DNA of 64,000 nucleotides from Balanoglossus misakiensis. Lineage: Eukaryota > Animalia > Hemichordata. The notes beneath the pieces were generated by a model. That model saw nothing but the letters and a program-made list of their open reading frames with translations. It was not told where the DNA came from and made no database searches. Of this stretch, positions 1 to 15,725 are shown in pieces; the first letter of the stretch is position 1; each line of letters opens with the position of its first letter. Location of the stretch: positions 11,412,276-11,476,275 of the forward strand of contig CM082594.2 in NCBI GenBank assembly GCA_040954595.2, given 5' to 3'. A program made the translations under genes and the position numbers.

Positions 1-31
1 ACCCCAGCACAAGAGCCGACAATTTTTGTAC

Positions 32-3511
<3,480 letters not shown>

Positions 3512-3594
3512 TCTTGTGTACTGTCAATTAATCGTCACGAGAAATTCATTCCTGGTGTGATGTTTTGTCCCAAACGAACGCACACTACTCATTG

Positions 3595-3672
3595 CACAAC
3601 GTAAACATGGCGGAAAAACTTACTGCGCATGTCTGTTTATGTAAGGAAAGGAAATGTATGAGGGCGCTATTA
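3595..3672 (-). promoter_or_regulatory. Putative AFG3L2 proximal promoter with YY1-like and NRF1-like motifs
   Basis: About 90-160 bp upstream of the ATG: AACATGGCGG (YY1 consensus CCGCCATNTT on the minus strand) near 3604, TGCGCATGT near 3624, AGGGCGCTA at 3661. Motif match only. Confidence 0.4.
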
Positions 3673-3962
3673 TTAGTAATGTCTGTTTCACATGTTTCAA
3701 CGTTTATCAGTACAAATTGTATACTTTTGGGGGTAAAACACCACTTTTCTCACCCTAAAATTTGCCAACTTATTAGAGGTTAAATAGTTACATGTCAAAA
3801 TCGCCTAAGATCCCATCGTAGTAAAAAAGTGACGAGTAATTCGCTTGTGGAAAACTTTCTGGGCAATGTTCATTTCATTTTCCCATTCATAACCTGTTAT
3901 CTTAGAGATAATAATAGTAATAGGGAAAAGTAAAGGAAAGAAACATGTATTTGGAGAACATT

Positions 3963-3968
3963 TTTATT
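3963..3968 (-). terminator. Candidate polyadenylation signal (AATAAA) of the tau-like gene
   Basis: TTTATT on the plus strand, followed on the minus strand by a U-rich tract. It lies about 1.4 kb downstream of the tau-like stop and just upstream of the AFG3L2 promoter. Confidence 0.5.
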
Positions 3969-5431
3969 TGACCACTGATGCATAATCAACAAGTTAGTTA
4001 CACTGACTGAAACTTGACTATACATTCACAGCATGCTACATTCTCTGAAAAATAAAGAAAAGTTTTAATATTTTACAATCATGAAACTTAATTGTTCAGA
4101 TTTACAAATACATATTAAAATCTACTGGATGTTCTGTCACGACACACAAACTAGCAACTTAACTTTTATGAATTTTACCCTTTGACATAACAGTTCAAAA
4201 TTCACCATGCATTAATTATGCAGAGGAGGTCAGTGGTTTTCGAGATATTTGATTAAAAAGGGTGAAATATTGGCAGTAGAAGTGTTTCTATAAAACATGA
4301 CAATATTTGAAATGTCTCTATGAATTACATCAAGTTGTGGTCACTGTATGAAAACTATAAAAAAAATCTTGAAAGTGTGATTCCTTATACATGTACTGTC
4401 AAAAATTTACATAAAAGTCTTGTGTTTTGACAAAAATTAAAACAGTAGTGCTGTGAATTTCAATTGAATATCAACACAGGATAATCAACTATAAATTTTC
4501 ATAGTTTCTTTGATTCTCACTTCACCTTGACTAACATACAGACCAATTGAAACTCAGGCCAGTCCAAGTTTAAAAATTTGGCACTACATGCCTAATTGAT
4601 TTCACGGCGACGGAGACTTGATCTACTACATGGTTACATCAACTGTAACATAACTAACAAATCCATTGAACATTAGGCTTGGCTTTGAAACATACTTTCA
4701 TATTACATGTCTAAAACAAATACTGATGATCTATTTGCGATTCAACAATCGAAGATTTTAAATATTTTGTTCATTTAGTACAGTACCCTTTCCAATCATC
4801 TTACCAATTCATGGAACCTAAAAATGACTTATATTTCATTACAATAGCCACCAATTTCTATGGTAACCTCCAGAAAAAAATATTATAATTATCGTAAGAA
4901 CCATATCATTTCATTAAACCATTCCATACAAAGTTCAATACAACTAAGAATTGAAATTTATCAGGAAATTACATTATCTGAAATTCTCTTCCAAAGATAA
5001 ATTCTTCCTTATGAATATTGACGACAGTTAAAAACATTGTATCTTTCTTAACAGTTTGAATACAGATTAATATTTTCTAATGATGACACTGAATTCCTCA
5101 GGCTTATCTTTGATGTTCTTCTTTGCATCTGCTGTGGAATATTTTCTGTGGGCTTTATCCTTGAGCTTCTGAGTTGAACTCTTGGCAAGATATCGGACAT
5201 GCATACCACTTGGTTGTTGTGGGATTGTCACATGGTTGTCACATGATCGTCACATGATTGTCATTTCATATCTCTGACAGGGTTAACATAAAAGAAGAGA
5301 ATGATAAATATACTGTAATTATACAATCTCTTGCAAGTTTTTCATGTTAACAATTGCAAGTGATGGGGACAATGTTGTAATTTTATAGTTCAATTTCTTT
5401 AGATTACAATATCTTCTACCTGCTACATTAG

Positions 5432-8400
5432 TCATTCCCGGAAAGGGTCCTCTAAATCCGGCTCCACTGTGGATCCAATCCTGGGCTGAGCATTCTCATT
5501 GAAGTCCAGTTTATGAGACTCGATCTGTCAGCAGCAGAGAGAGAGAAGGAGGGTTGATTATTTCATTTTTTACAAAGGAACACCACCAAAATTAACTACA
5601 TATCATGTGATTTTCAATTTGCCATTAATTAAAGAATTCTGCACCTACCATCACATCACCACCACCTGGTTGATGATCAGCATTCTCCAGTGAACCAATC
5701 CTAGCATGGGCTCTTTCATTGAATTCTAATTTTTCATCATGTATCTGGGAAAATAAATTAGAGAAAAAATACATATTTGCTCCTTTCAAAATACAGAACA
5801 ACAACAAAGATAGCATTTATTTCAAAACAGACACTCAAGGAACAGTAGATGAACATAATGTTGACTATAGCATTAGAGTTTAATTAAAATAAAGTTTTGA
5901 ATGGGAGATAGATCATGTTAATAATATTACAACAACACTGTATTCTTTTTAGTTCTCAGTGCTACATTAGGAAATTTTTACTAAGAATACAGTAGATGTA
6001 GGGCAGGGAGTATATACCCACACGCATGGGCTGACATACCCTTTGCAGGGAGAGGGTTCTTTTGCAATTTACCCACACACAAGGAGTGACACACCCCCTT
6101 ACCTTGACATCACCTCCCCCAGGGATATGATTAATATTCTCCAATGATCCGATACGACTTGTCACTTTACTGTAGTAACGTTTAACATTGTATGTTGGGA
6201 TCTAAAAAATGCGTACTTCTTTTGAGTTTAAATATTGGAATCGCTTTCAGGATTTATAGCAAACGGACTGCACTCACACACACAAACCAAAAATCAGCGC
6301 TCAATCACAAGAGAATTTCTGGCTGTATAACCTTGCATAACAAAATTACTGTAGTTCATTATGAAACATTTTTAACCTAGAAATTATACTTTTTTTGAGT
6401 CCACAAATAGATGATTGAAAAGGGCATCTTAAAAATAAAGCTCCCAGAAAGTTTTGTTTAATAAAGGGTTAATATTTTACCATTTCCACGCACACACACA
6501 CCACATGCACAGGGTTCATATGCTCATGCTCAAAGATTTTCCTATCATTTTCTGGCAAGTTTCACTTTTCCGGGACTTGATTCCATGACTTTCCAGGATC
6601 ATATAAACCCTGCACAATGTGTTAATATACACACCCCATTTCTCAGTAAAATCATTGTCTAATCAACACTTACTGTCACATCACCACCACCTGGTTGATG
6701 ATCAGCATTCTCCAACGAGCCAATCCTAGCATGGGCTCTTTCCTTGAATTCTAACTTTTCATCGTGAATCTGAAAAATAAACAAGTTTCAATACATCAGT
6801 TTGTACAACTCTAGCAGGCTAAACAGTGAACTGGCATACAAATAAATAAATAATAAATGGCATTCAGATAATTTCATTCGACTTACAACCATTTCTGTTC
6901 AAGTTATGTCTCTACAACAAAACAGTATGCTTTTTCCCATGTTTTTTGTTTTTGTTTTTGTTTACATACCTTCACTTCTCCACCACCTGCTTGGTGGTCA
7001 GCATTCTCCAGTGAGCCGATCCTTGCACGAGCTTTGTCTTTGAATTCAAGTTTTTCATCTCGGATCTAATAATTAAAAACAAATTACCTTTCCTTTAGAA
7101 AACATAACCTTCAATCCCAGTAGCGTTCATATTGCCTCAAAATTATCGAATATTTATGTTGATGTTCTTTAAATCACATATGTGTTTTTTTCTCAACAGT
7201 AAATAGGACCTTCATGTACGATTAATACACTAACTTTTTGAAGCCAAGCAACCAATCAGTATCCATGGCAACAAACCTGACTTGAGCCTACCTTAACATT
7301 TCCACCACCCGGCTGGTGATCAATGAAATCTTTTGAACCCACTTTACTCTGAGCTTTGTCTTTAAACTCAAGTCTATGACTTTCAATCTGGCATGGAAAG
7401 AAATAACCACGGTACACAAATATTACAAATCCTGCTGAGTCTAACAAAATATTAGGTACGTCAATTTGAAATAAATTTTTTAGAAAATGTGTATAGAACA
7501 TCCCATCCCATCCATCCAACCAACCAACCTACCAACAATCTAACCATTATTCCATCCATCCATCCATCCATCCATCCACATGACGGTGATGATGAGATAA
7601 GGACATATAATTGACACAATTGTAACTGGCAAGCCTAACCTTGACTTGACCACCTCCAGGCGTATGATCAATGTAATCCTTGGAACCCACTTTGCTCTGA
7701 GCCTTTTCCTTAAAATCCAGTTTCTTCGTTTCTATCTTCACGCTTCCTCCACCAGGTGTATGTGTGACATTGTCTTTAGAACCAACTTTTGATGTCGCCG
7801 TCTCACGGAATGTCAGCTTCTCTTGTTTAATCTAGAGAAAAAAAATGAACACGAATATCTTGTTAATTTCAAACTGGATTGTAATATTTATGCTTGCTTT
7901 TTCACCAGTGGTCCTGGATGGAAGCACCAAGCATAATGTTCTGGATGAGTTTTTGCTTCTCATTATTTGGATGGACTGCACACTAGAAGGAAAGAGTGAA
8001 TGTGAGAGTTTAAGAAAGGAGATGTAAATAGATAGAAGGAGTTGAGATTCAGTTGTATGATGGATTATTAGTAGTGGACGGGCACAATCCAGCATGGACA
8101 CAAGTTTCTCTGATTATCAGGGGTCGGTTACAGAACAGTTTGGATAACAATGATTATAGTTTCACACATAATACAGAAATGCACGTGAACTTTGCAAGAC
8201 ACTTGATGGAAACAGACAAATCTCACACAGAGAAGAAATACACACTGCATGATTTTCAGCAAATCTCACCGCACACAGCGTATACCTTTATGTTACCACC
8301 ACCAGGGGTGTGCTCGGCATTCTCCAAAGAACCTATCCTACTGGCCGCCTTGTCTTTGAAATCTAATTTACGATTTTCAATCTAAAGTGGAGAGAGATTA

Positions 8401-11400
8401 TTCAGAAGAGAAACAATAAAATTGTCAAGTTATTACCAGTTCTGCAGATCAACTACAAGAAAGAGAAAGTCTGTGATTTTGATTAATTTTGATCAAACAA
8501 TCAATCAACAACTCATAATTAACGACTATCAAATTCTAGATCTACTTCCGCAACCAGACAAGTCTTATCATGTATTACCTTCACTTTTCCACCACCAGGA
8601 GTGTGATCGGCAAAATCCAACGAACCTATCCTACTTGCTGCTTTCTCTTTGAAATCTAATTTTCGATTTTCAATCTAAAATGGGGAGAGATATCCAAAGC
8701 AGTTGTTTGAGAACTTTGTCAAATTGGAACTGGTAACATAAATTAAGCTTATAAGGAAAACATATTTCTGTAACCCACAAGAAGAGAAGAAATGGAGCCG
8801 TATTCATTTCTACTAAAATAAAGTAGTGATGTACCTTGATTTGTCCTCCGCCAGCTTTGTGTTGAACTTTTTCCAGGGAACCTATTCGACTCTCGGCTTT
8901 CACCTCCACCTTTTTGTTCACGATTTTCACATTACCGCCACCTACCAATAAAGTTCATAAAAAACATATGTCGTCAGATCTGGGATGCAACCAACACATC
9001 TTCCTAAACAGAAAACTTTATTTTCAGCCAAAATTTCTCAACTTGCAGGGAATCCTGCCTGGTGGGGACAACACTGCTGAAATGATAAGTATTATGGATT
9101 TCAAAAACATTCTCACCTGGCTGATGCACAGTATTGTCCATGGAACCGCATCTCGACGTCACCTTGCTGTAATCTTTCTTTTCTCTGAATATTTTCACCT
9201 GAAATATGTGAGGGAAAAGTGTTTGTCATCCCCAAGTCATCCAATTAGAAATTATGGTACAAATTTTAACAATTTATTATTAACCCCAGGAACATATTTT
9301 ATTTTGCACTTCAGAAAAAAACCCAACAAGCTATGACAATTAATGGTCACATTGTTTAACATCCAATTACGTGACCTGAAAGCCAAGAACGTTCTTTTTG
9401 AAATGACCACCAAGGCTGATATTCGAGCAGGCCAGATATACTTACACTGCCTCCCCCAGGTTTATGTTTCATGTAGTCAGTCGACCCAATCTTGGACTTG
9501 ACATTCTTGACGTCAGGGGTCTTCCCGAGACTTTGTCGCTTTTCAGAACTTTCTGACGAGCCTATAACGAGTTTGGTAAAACATGATCAATATTTCTGTT
9601 TTATTACTGAATTAATAAAACCATCTTTTGTACAGACTGACACACTAGCATACACACTCACACATAAAAACCCAATGCATTGATCTTTCCTTACCATAAT
9701 TGTAAGCTAGGTTGTACAAAGTGTGCAAGTCCATACTAATGTCATATTTGCTCGTTTGTTTGGACTCTGTTGCCTGTGTACATAGTTCCCGGTCATTGGA
9801 CCCTCATTGTTTTCGGCTCTCAATGGATCAACGACTGTGTGTGGTTTCATTCCTCCACTTGGCTTTTATTCTGATCATTTGTTAAGTGCAGTGGATATTT
9901 GCATGTAACTATGAGAGGCTTTTTGAATGTATCTATTTACCCAGGGCAGTGTATTGTAATCTGTCAGTGGCCCGCAATGGTGGCGCTGTAGAAGCAGTGG
10001 CCTCAGCCTAGGGGTGGCAGGATTTAATCCGCAAATAATCCTTTGACACTTGCAGAGTAAATACTGAGAGTTTTAACCCTTCCACCCCATTCCTCTGGAC
10101 TATTAAGGGTCCACCAACACCATACAAACAATGTGAAGTCCATTTGACAATTGTTGAATGGATATAGCCCTATTATATATTTTAAATATTTTTTCAGAAT
10201 TTTTGGTCTAGTGTTTACATTAATTTTGTTGTTACAAAATGTCTTACTTGATGCATGTCTTGGCTGAGCACTGACAGCACGTCTTGGCGATGAATCCCAT
10301 GCTTTGATGGGTGTAACTTGACCATGTGCACTGGCGGGTCTTTTAGGGCTTCCAGTTGCAGTCTTACTTGGTGAAGATGTGGCACTTCCCACTCGTCTAG
10401 GTGTTGCGCTTCCTGTATCTGTCCGGGGTTTGACATTTGTGATTTTCACTTTCTCGTTGAAGATTTTCACATTTCCTCCACCTGGTTTATGACCGACTTT
10501 ACTGGCCTCAACTCGACTGGTCACTTTGCTTACATCAACCTGTTTGCAAATTGGAAATAAGAGCAATTTAATTTTAGTGTTTCCCCCCAAATGAAGTGGG
10601 CAGACTTAAGGTGTACACATATTAATCACAAATGGTTGTTTGTGAGATCTACACAGATTAACAAAGATACACAAAGACACTGCAGCTGTTGGCCGTATTG
10701 TAATTTACAAACCAACTTTTGGGGACTTAATCAGCAATTAGGCATAAGCTGATCATTGCAATGTTATTGGAATGTCAAAACATTTACTATGTGTTAATGA
10801 CTTGATAGTTTTATAGCTGTCATTATAGATTTGTGCATCCACAATTAAAAGCACTTTATGCCCAGAAGCAGTTGGTTTACTCATGGTTTACTAAGCTGTC
10901 ATCTGTATAATAGCCCCTGGGGTGTGACAATATTTCTGGTGTCTGTTTCAAATGGACTGCAACCAATTACATAAGAGGACTGAAAGCCTTTTAGATTCTT
11001 TTGAATTGGAGCATGAGTTGGAAGTAAAGACTGTTTGAAACAAGACTTGACCCGAGGTATTAAGAGGTGAATGGTTGTGTGTATAGTTTCGCTGAATGTT
11101 CAGTGAATCCATTTAGTAGACTGTTTTGCATAATGGTGCAGAAGCCATCCTGGAATTGTGCTGTGTAAGTGCAAATAAGTGATGGTGTCTAGATTGCAGA
11201 ATTGTCAGGAAGTCGTGAGAAAAGGTCAAAGGGTACTTTCATTTGGAGTGAGTGCAGTTGCCATGGCATTATCATAGCCTTGACCTTTGTATTCATATGG
11301 ATGGGTCCTTGCCAGAGGCGAGGACAGTGAGATAATGAACAAATTTTAGAGAGCACATCTCTACATCTAATTTTAATCAGATCAGGAATTCTGGCTGAAT

Positions 11401-14400
11401 TATTTAAAAGTCCAATCATAACAGATTGGTTGAATCCACAAACAGGACAACATAGGAATGAGCAATTTACAAAATCCTCAGCTATTAACATCACCTTTTT
11501 AGTTTCAATTTTGACATTTCCACCACCCGGGGTGTAGTCTGGTCTTTTGTTGTCAATCCGTGGCAGTGATGACTTCTTGGGCGATTTCTCCGTCTTGTGC
11601 TGTTGTGTTGCAGCAACCGTTGCAGTACTGTCTTGCTTGGTGGCTGGAAAATTGATGACAAACAAAACCAAGTTTATCTTTTTGTTTTAATTCTTTTGTT
11701 TTTCAAACCCTTCTGAAGCTACATTGCACAACCATAGATTGAAGAAATGGACCCTGGGTAACAGAAAAGTGCGCCATCATTTTGCAACAGCACATCCACG
11801 CTTTGCTAGTTTTTTTTAAAAGGCTGCTTGTCTAAACCTTATCCTTCACTGCACCACAACTGTTGTCCTCTACTGTACCTGTGAATCTTTTGTTCCATAT
11901 TCTAACAAATTAATTTGCATGGAAATGCCATCTGGTTCGTTATTCTTATCCCACGCATGAGTTCGCATGCAAATAACAGGAGAATTGAATTTTGCACTTT
12001 TTTGAAATTACCTAAAAAGTCATTTTGAAAGGTTTTTACTCCAAAGAACAACATGTTATAATTTCTGAAAAAAATGGTGACGAAATTTATGAAAAAGATA
12101 GGTTTTAATTCCTCATTTTTGTGTACCCTCAGGAATATATAATGGTGTCATTTCATCTAAGGTCAAAATTCTATTCTGTGTTAATGTTGCTATTTTAAGT
12201 AATATGTAATTTAAACTGGTATATATATATCATCACAAACTGTGAACAAGTTGCCAATAATAATTCTCATAAAGAAAATATATTTCATATTATTACAAAA
12301 CATTAAACATTGTACATATATTGTTTGCCAAGGTTCATTGTTACCATACTTTCTGTTTGAAAATGAAGCATCTCATGTTTTGATCATTTTTCATCCCAGA
12401 TGGAAAGGAAATTAATTAGCTTTCTAATCTTTCAATCATGTCTGGCCTCTGTAATTTATTCTTGAACAACTGTCACTGACATGTGGACTGCTGTGCGTTA
12501 ATCCTGCGATGTAGATTTATTTGAGCCCTTTAGTCGACCAAAACATACAGCTGAAATTCTGATGTGAATATAACACTGAGAATGTAAGGAAATGATGGGG
12601 ATAATGGCAAGGAATATTGTTACTAAGGGTGATCATTTCAGAAGAGCTAAAAATAGAAAAGTAGTAACAGTATTGATTTTTATCCTCTTTGCAATATTAG
12701 TCCGTTGAAAATTCAATAACTGCTAATATGGCTGTGGATATTGGCTGCCAATGTAATTTTGATTAAGTGTTCCAGCAATAAAAATAACACTCCCTGTGGA
12801 CTGGTTATGGTCTGTGCTGACACATAAAAGTACTGTACCACTCCTGCATGTAAAACACTGGTTTTCGTAGCATCATTTCTAAAATGCATTTGTGTGTCAT
12901 ATTTGGTTAAATTCTGTCTTTGCAAACTTGTCTGCAGGACAAACTGGTCCAAACCAGTTAATTTCCATGTAAGCAATACAAAAGACTTAGTTCCAGACTT
13001 TTTGTGCTGTTACAGTGCTTGTTTAAACTGTCACCAATTTGTTCATACTTTTGTTGTTGGTACCACAACTCAGAAATGATTGTCGCTGTGTTTGCTGTGA
13101 ACTCCGTTGAGAGAACACCCACAGATCTCAAGGGGATTTCTGTTGTACGAATTGTGGCCCTTTATAAATCACAACCACTATGCAACTTCTGTGTGAGCTC
13201 CCTTTTCTCTCATGGTGAGAAAAAACTGACTGGAAACACGCCAAATTAGCCTTTCAGTACTCATGTACCTTCATTACATAAGGCATATTGAAAAAAGGGA
13301 ATTCTCTCCCAACAAATACGCCACTACAGTCTCTATATAATTATGCAAAATCCATTTGGCTATCAGTAATTGTTGACAGTCCAACTGTTTTTTCGGTGAA
13401 TAAATGAATTCAGCATGACACAAAAAGGTATTCTTTTATTCATCAAAGTGGCTCCACTAAGCTTTGTTGTTTAATCTAATTGTTTGTAGGGGAAAATAAA
13501 AGACTGGAAATCATGGAGTAGAATTTAGGAAGGAATTTGGAGTTGTGAATCTGCCTTGTGAAGGTCACAGAAACAATCTTGAAAACCACAAGCATTTCTG
13601 CACATTTGAATTTCATGTCCTTTTTATACGTCAAGTGTGAATTGAGGTAAGAAAGAAGGAGTTATCATCTTGGGAACATGAAATATAAAAGGGACAGCTC
13701 TTTGGGAAAGAGAGAAGTGGACCGGAGTGTTTATGCTGTGGTCATTGACCTGTGATTCTTGCATCAATAATGCTACGCCTGCAACTATATGTATAAAGGT
13801 TCAGAATTTGCCTAAACCAATCAAGATCAGGGTCAATGTTAAGTGGAACTGACTTGTTTGAATGATACATGAGCATCTCATATATCAAGCAAAGCAGCGC
13901 GTGTGTAAATGGAAGGGTTGATTGACATCGGTTTTGCTCGCACTCATGAAATTGTGCTTTGCTCAAAGCGTAAATGTTTAGGAAAACTCAAGAAAGCTAC
14001 TATATTTCGATATCATTTTGTTTGTTACATGGCCTAAACCCGGAGCACAGACCAGTAAAAGTTCAAAAATGGAAAAGTCTTGAAGAGTCTTAACCAGAAA
14101 GCAATACAGTTTTATTCAAAAGCTTTGACGTTTTAAGTCTTGAATCGTGTTGCAGATTTGCAAAATTCATTGTAAAGTCTCGACAGCTACTCGGCCTGTG
14201 CATGCTCTCAAAGTACATGCTCTCAAAATTTCATATCAGAATGAGAGAATGTTTGAGTACCCTCATCTGCAGCTGAAATGTCAGGCAACTGCCAGGTCAA
14301 TTAATTAATTGCCATCGCTGTCATTCCAAAAATGACACTGTCTGAATTGCTCCAGGGTCGTGCAAGAGTGCAGTAGCCTCATTACATAAATTATTCACTA

Positions 14401-15725
14401 AATTAGATTGCCTGGTTGGTGTCTCATCACTGTTATCATTTTGTCATTGTTGTCTTGTTCAGTTCGTTGCACATGCCAAGAAGTTATATTTATTTTAAAA
14501 TATCAAGTTGCGAGGTAAAATAGGTGTAATTAATTTTGTACTTTTCTTTGGATATTTATGACAAAAAAGTTAACATTCACACTTCGTCCCAGAGCAAACA
14601 TTTATTCCTAATACTTAAAGCTTTTGCCTGTGTAAATATTTTGAATGTAATTATTAATGCATCATATCTCAGGCGAACAAACCGTTGTAATTTGATGGAA
14701 ATTATTCAGAAATCTTTGTTTCCTCGGGAGGCCATTCATATAGGCTCCCCAGCATCTTTGTTTACGTATACCGCGTAATATCTTGTAATTTGACGAGAGA
14801 TCGCGTTTCGCAAAGAATGTTGATGATTAAACAAGCCATTGTAAAACAATTAAGCAAATTGGCGACTAATTGCTTCTCTTTAAACAAGTCTCTGTTTTAC
14901 CCCATTAAAACTCGAATTTTCAAGATGAGGTTTATATTACATGGTACCTGTTTAGGATTTGTTTCGGCAAAAGTTAAATCCTAATATTGCTTATAATGAT
15001 GAACAGCCGTCATCGAGCTACATGTGAATATAAAATTCATATAAATTGTTTCTCTCATTGATATTACCTGATTATAATACGAGAAGGCTTGTTGTTTTGT
15101 ATCTATGACGTCATAACCTCAAGTTCAAGATCGACCATTGACACGGTTGACGCAGCTTATGGCTTAGCTATATGTACATCGATCGATAATAATTTATTCC
15201 TATGCTCTCTATTCTAAAATATTAGGTAAAACATTTGTGACTACTCGATGTGGCTCTTGTAGTAAGACTTTCTCCCAATTTCCGTTTCTGTATTGATCCT
15301 AAACTATGACCTAAAACTCACTTTCCCAACCACTTTCCATTATTCACGTTGCAGTTTAAAAGAAGAACAAAAATAAAACCCGTTTTTTTACCTTTCGCAT
15401 TTTCCGTTTCGTTCGAAGCTCCACCCTTGCATTCTTCAAATTTCACACTTTCCACCTTAGCTACATCGTTCGTTTCCATGGCAGCAGCAGCAGTGATATC
15501 CCGACTTCCCGTCGTTACGGTGGTAACGGTTTGTTCGCGGGTGACCACCTCCCCAGATCTCACCTCCTGCACCGTCTTTGTCACCGTCACCGTCTCCGTC
15601 TCAACTCCGTTCTCCCGTCCGACCACCGTTTCTTGCTGCACATTATTCACAGCGACATCCCCGTTCATGTTTTCCACGGCAGTTGCCTGGGCGACGGTAC
15701 CGGGCTCGACTTCAACGTCCGCCAT
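5432..15725 (-). CDS. Tau/MAP2/MAP4-family microtubule-associated protein, about 679 aa, with 14 PGGG/AGGG repeats plus a terminal pseudo-repeat
   Basis: Fifteen in-phase exons: 15725-15392, 11643-11495, 10539-10248, 9561-9446, 9198-9117, 8941-8835, 8674-8579, 8381-8286, 7831-7640, 7387-7292, 7065-6970, 6769-6674, 6201-6103, 5744-5649, 5524-5432 (2040 nt including TGA). Acidic N-terminus, then a Ser/Pro/Arg-rich region. Repeats include [24 protein letters not shown] and [20 protein letters not shown] with (K/R)xGS motifs; the protein ends [18 protein letters not shown]...RE*. Probably co-orthologous to MAPT/MAP2/MAP4, so no single symbol is given. Confidence 0.93.
6510..6612. mobile_element. 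Degenerate short non-autonomous DNA transposon remnant
   Basis: Ends CAGGGTTCATATG and CATATAAACCCTG form an inverted repeat (12/13), with internal TTCCATGACTTTCCAGG. The flanking 8-mers CACATGCA and CACAATGT match only partly, so no clean TSD. Confidence 0.4.
7499..7577. repeat. Compound (CCAT)n/(CCAA)n microsatellite in a tau-like intron
   Basis: Runs of ccatcc and ccaa units read directly from the sequence. Confidence 0.85.

Noticed and set aside
5649-8941. Regularly spaced similar units resembling a CRISPR-like repeat-spacer array
   Set aside because: The units are coding exons bounded by AG/GT with mostly synonymous divergence, and the spacers are introns.
11879-11901. 23-nt microexon candidate in the long tau intron
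   Set aside because: Its length and internal ATG frame are incompatible with the flanking phase-1 junctions.
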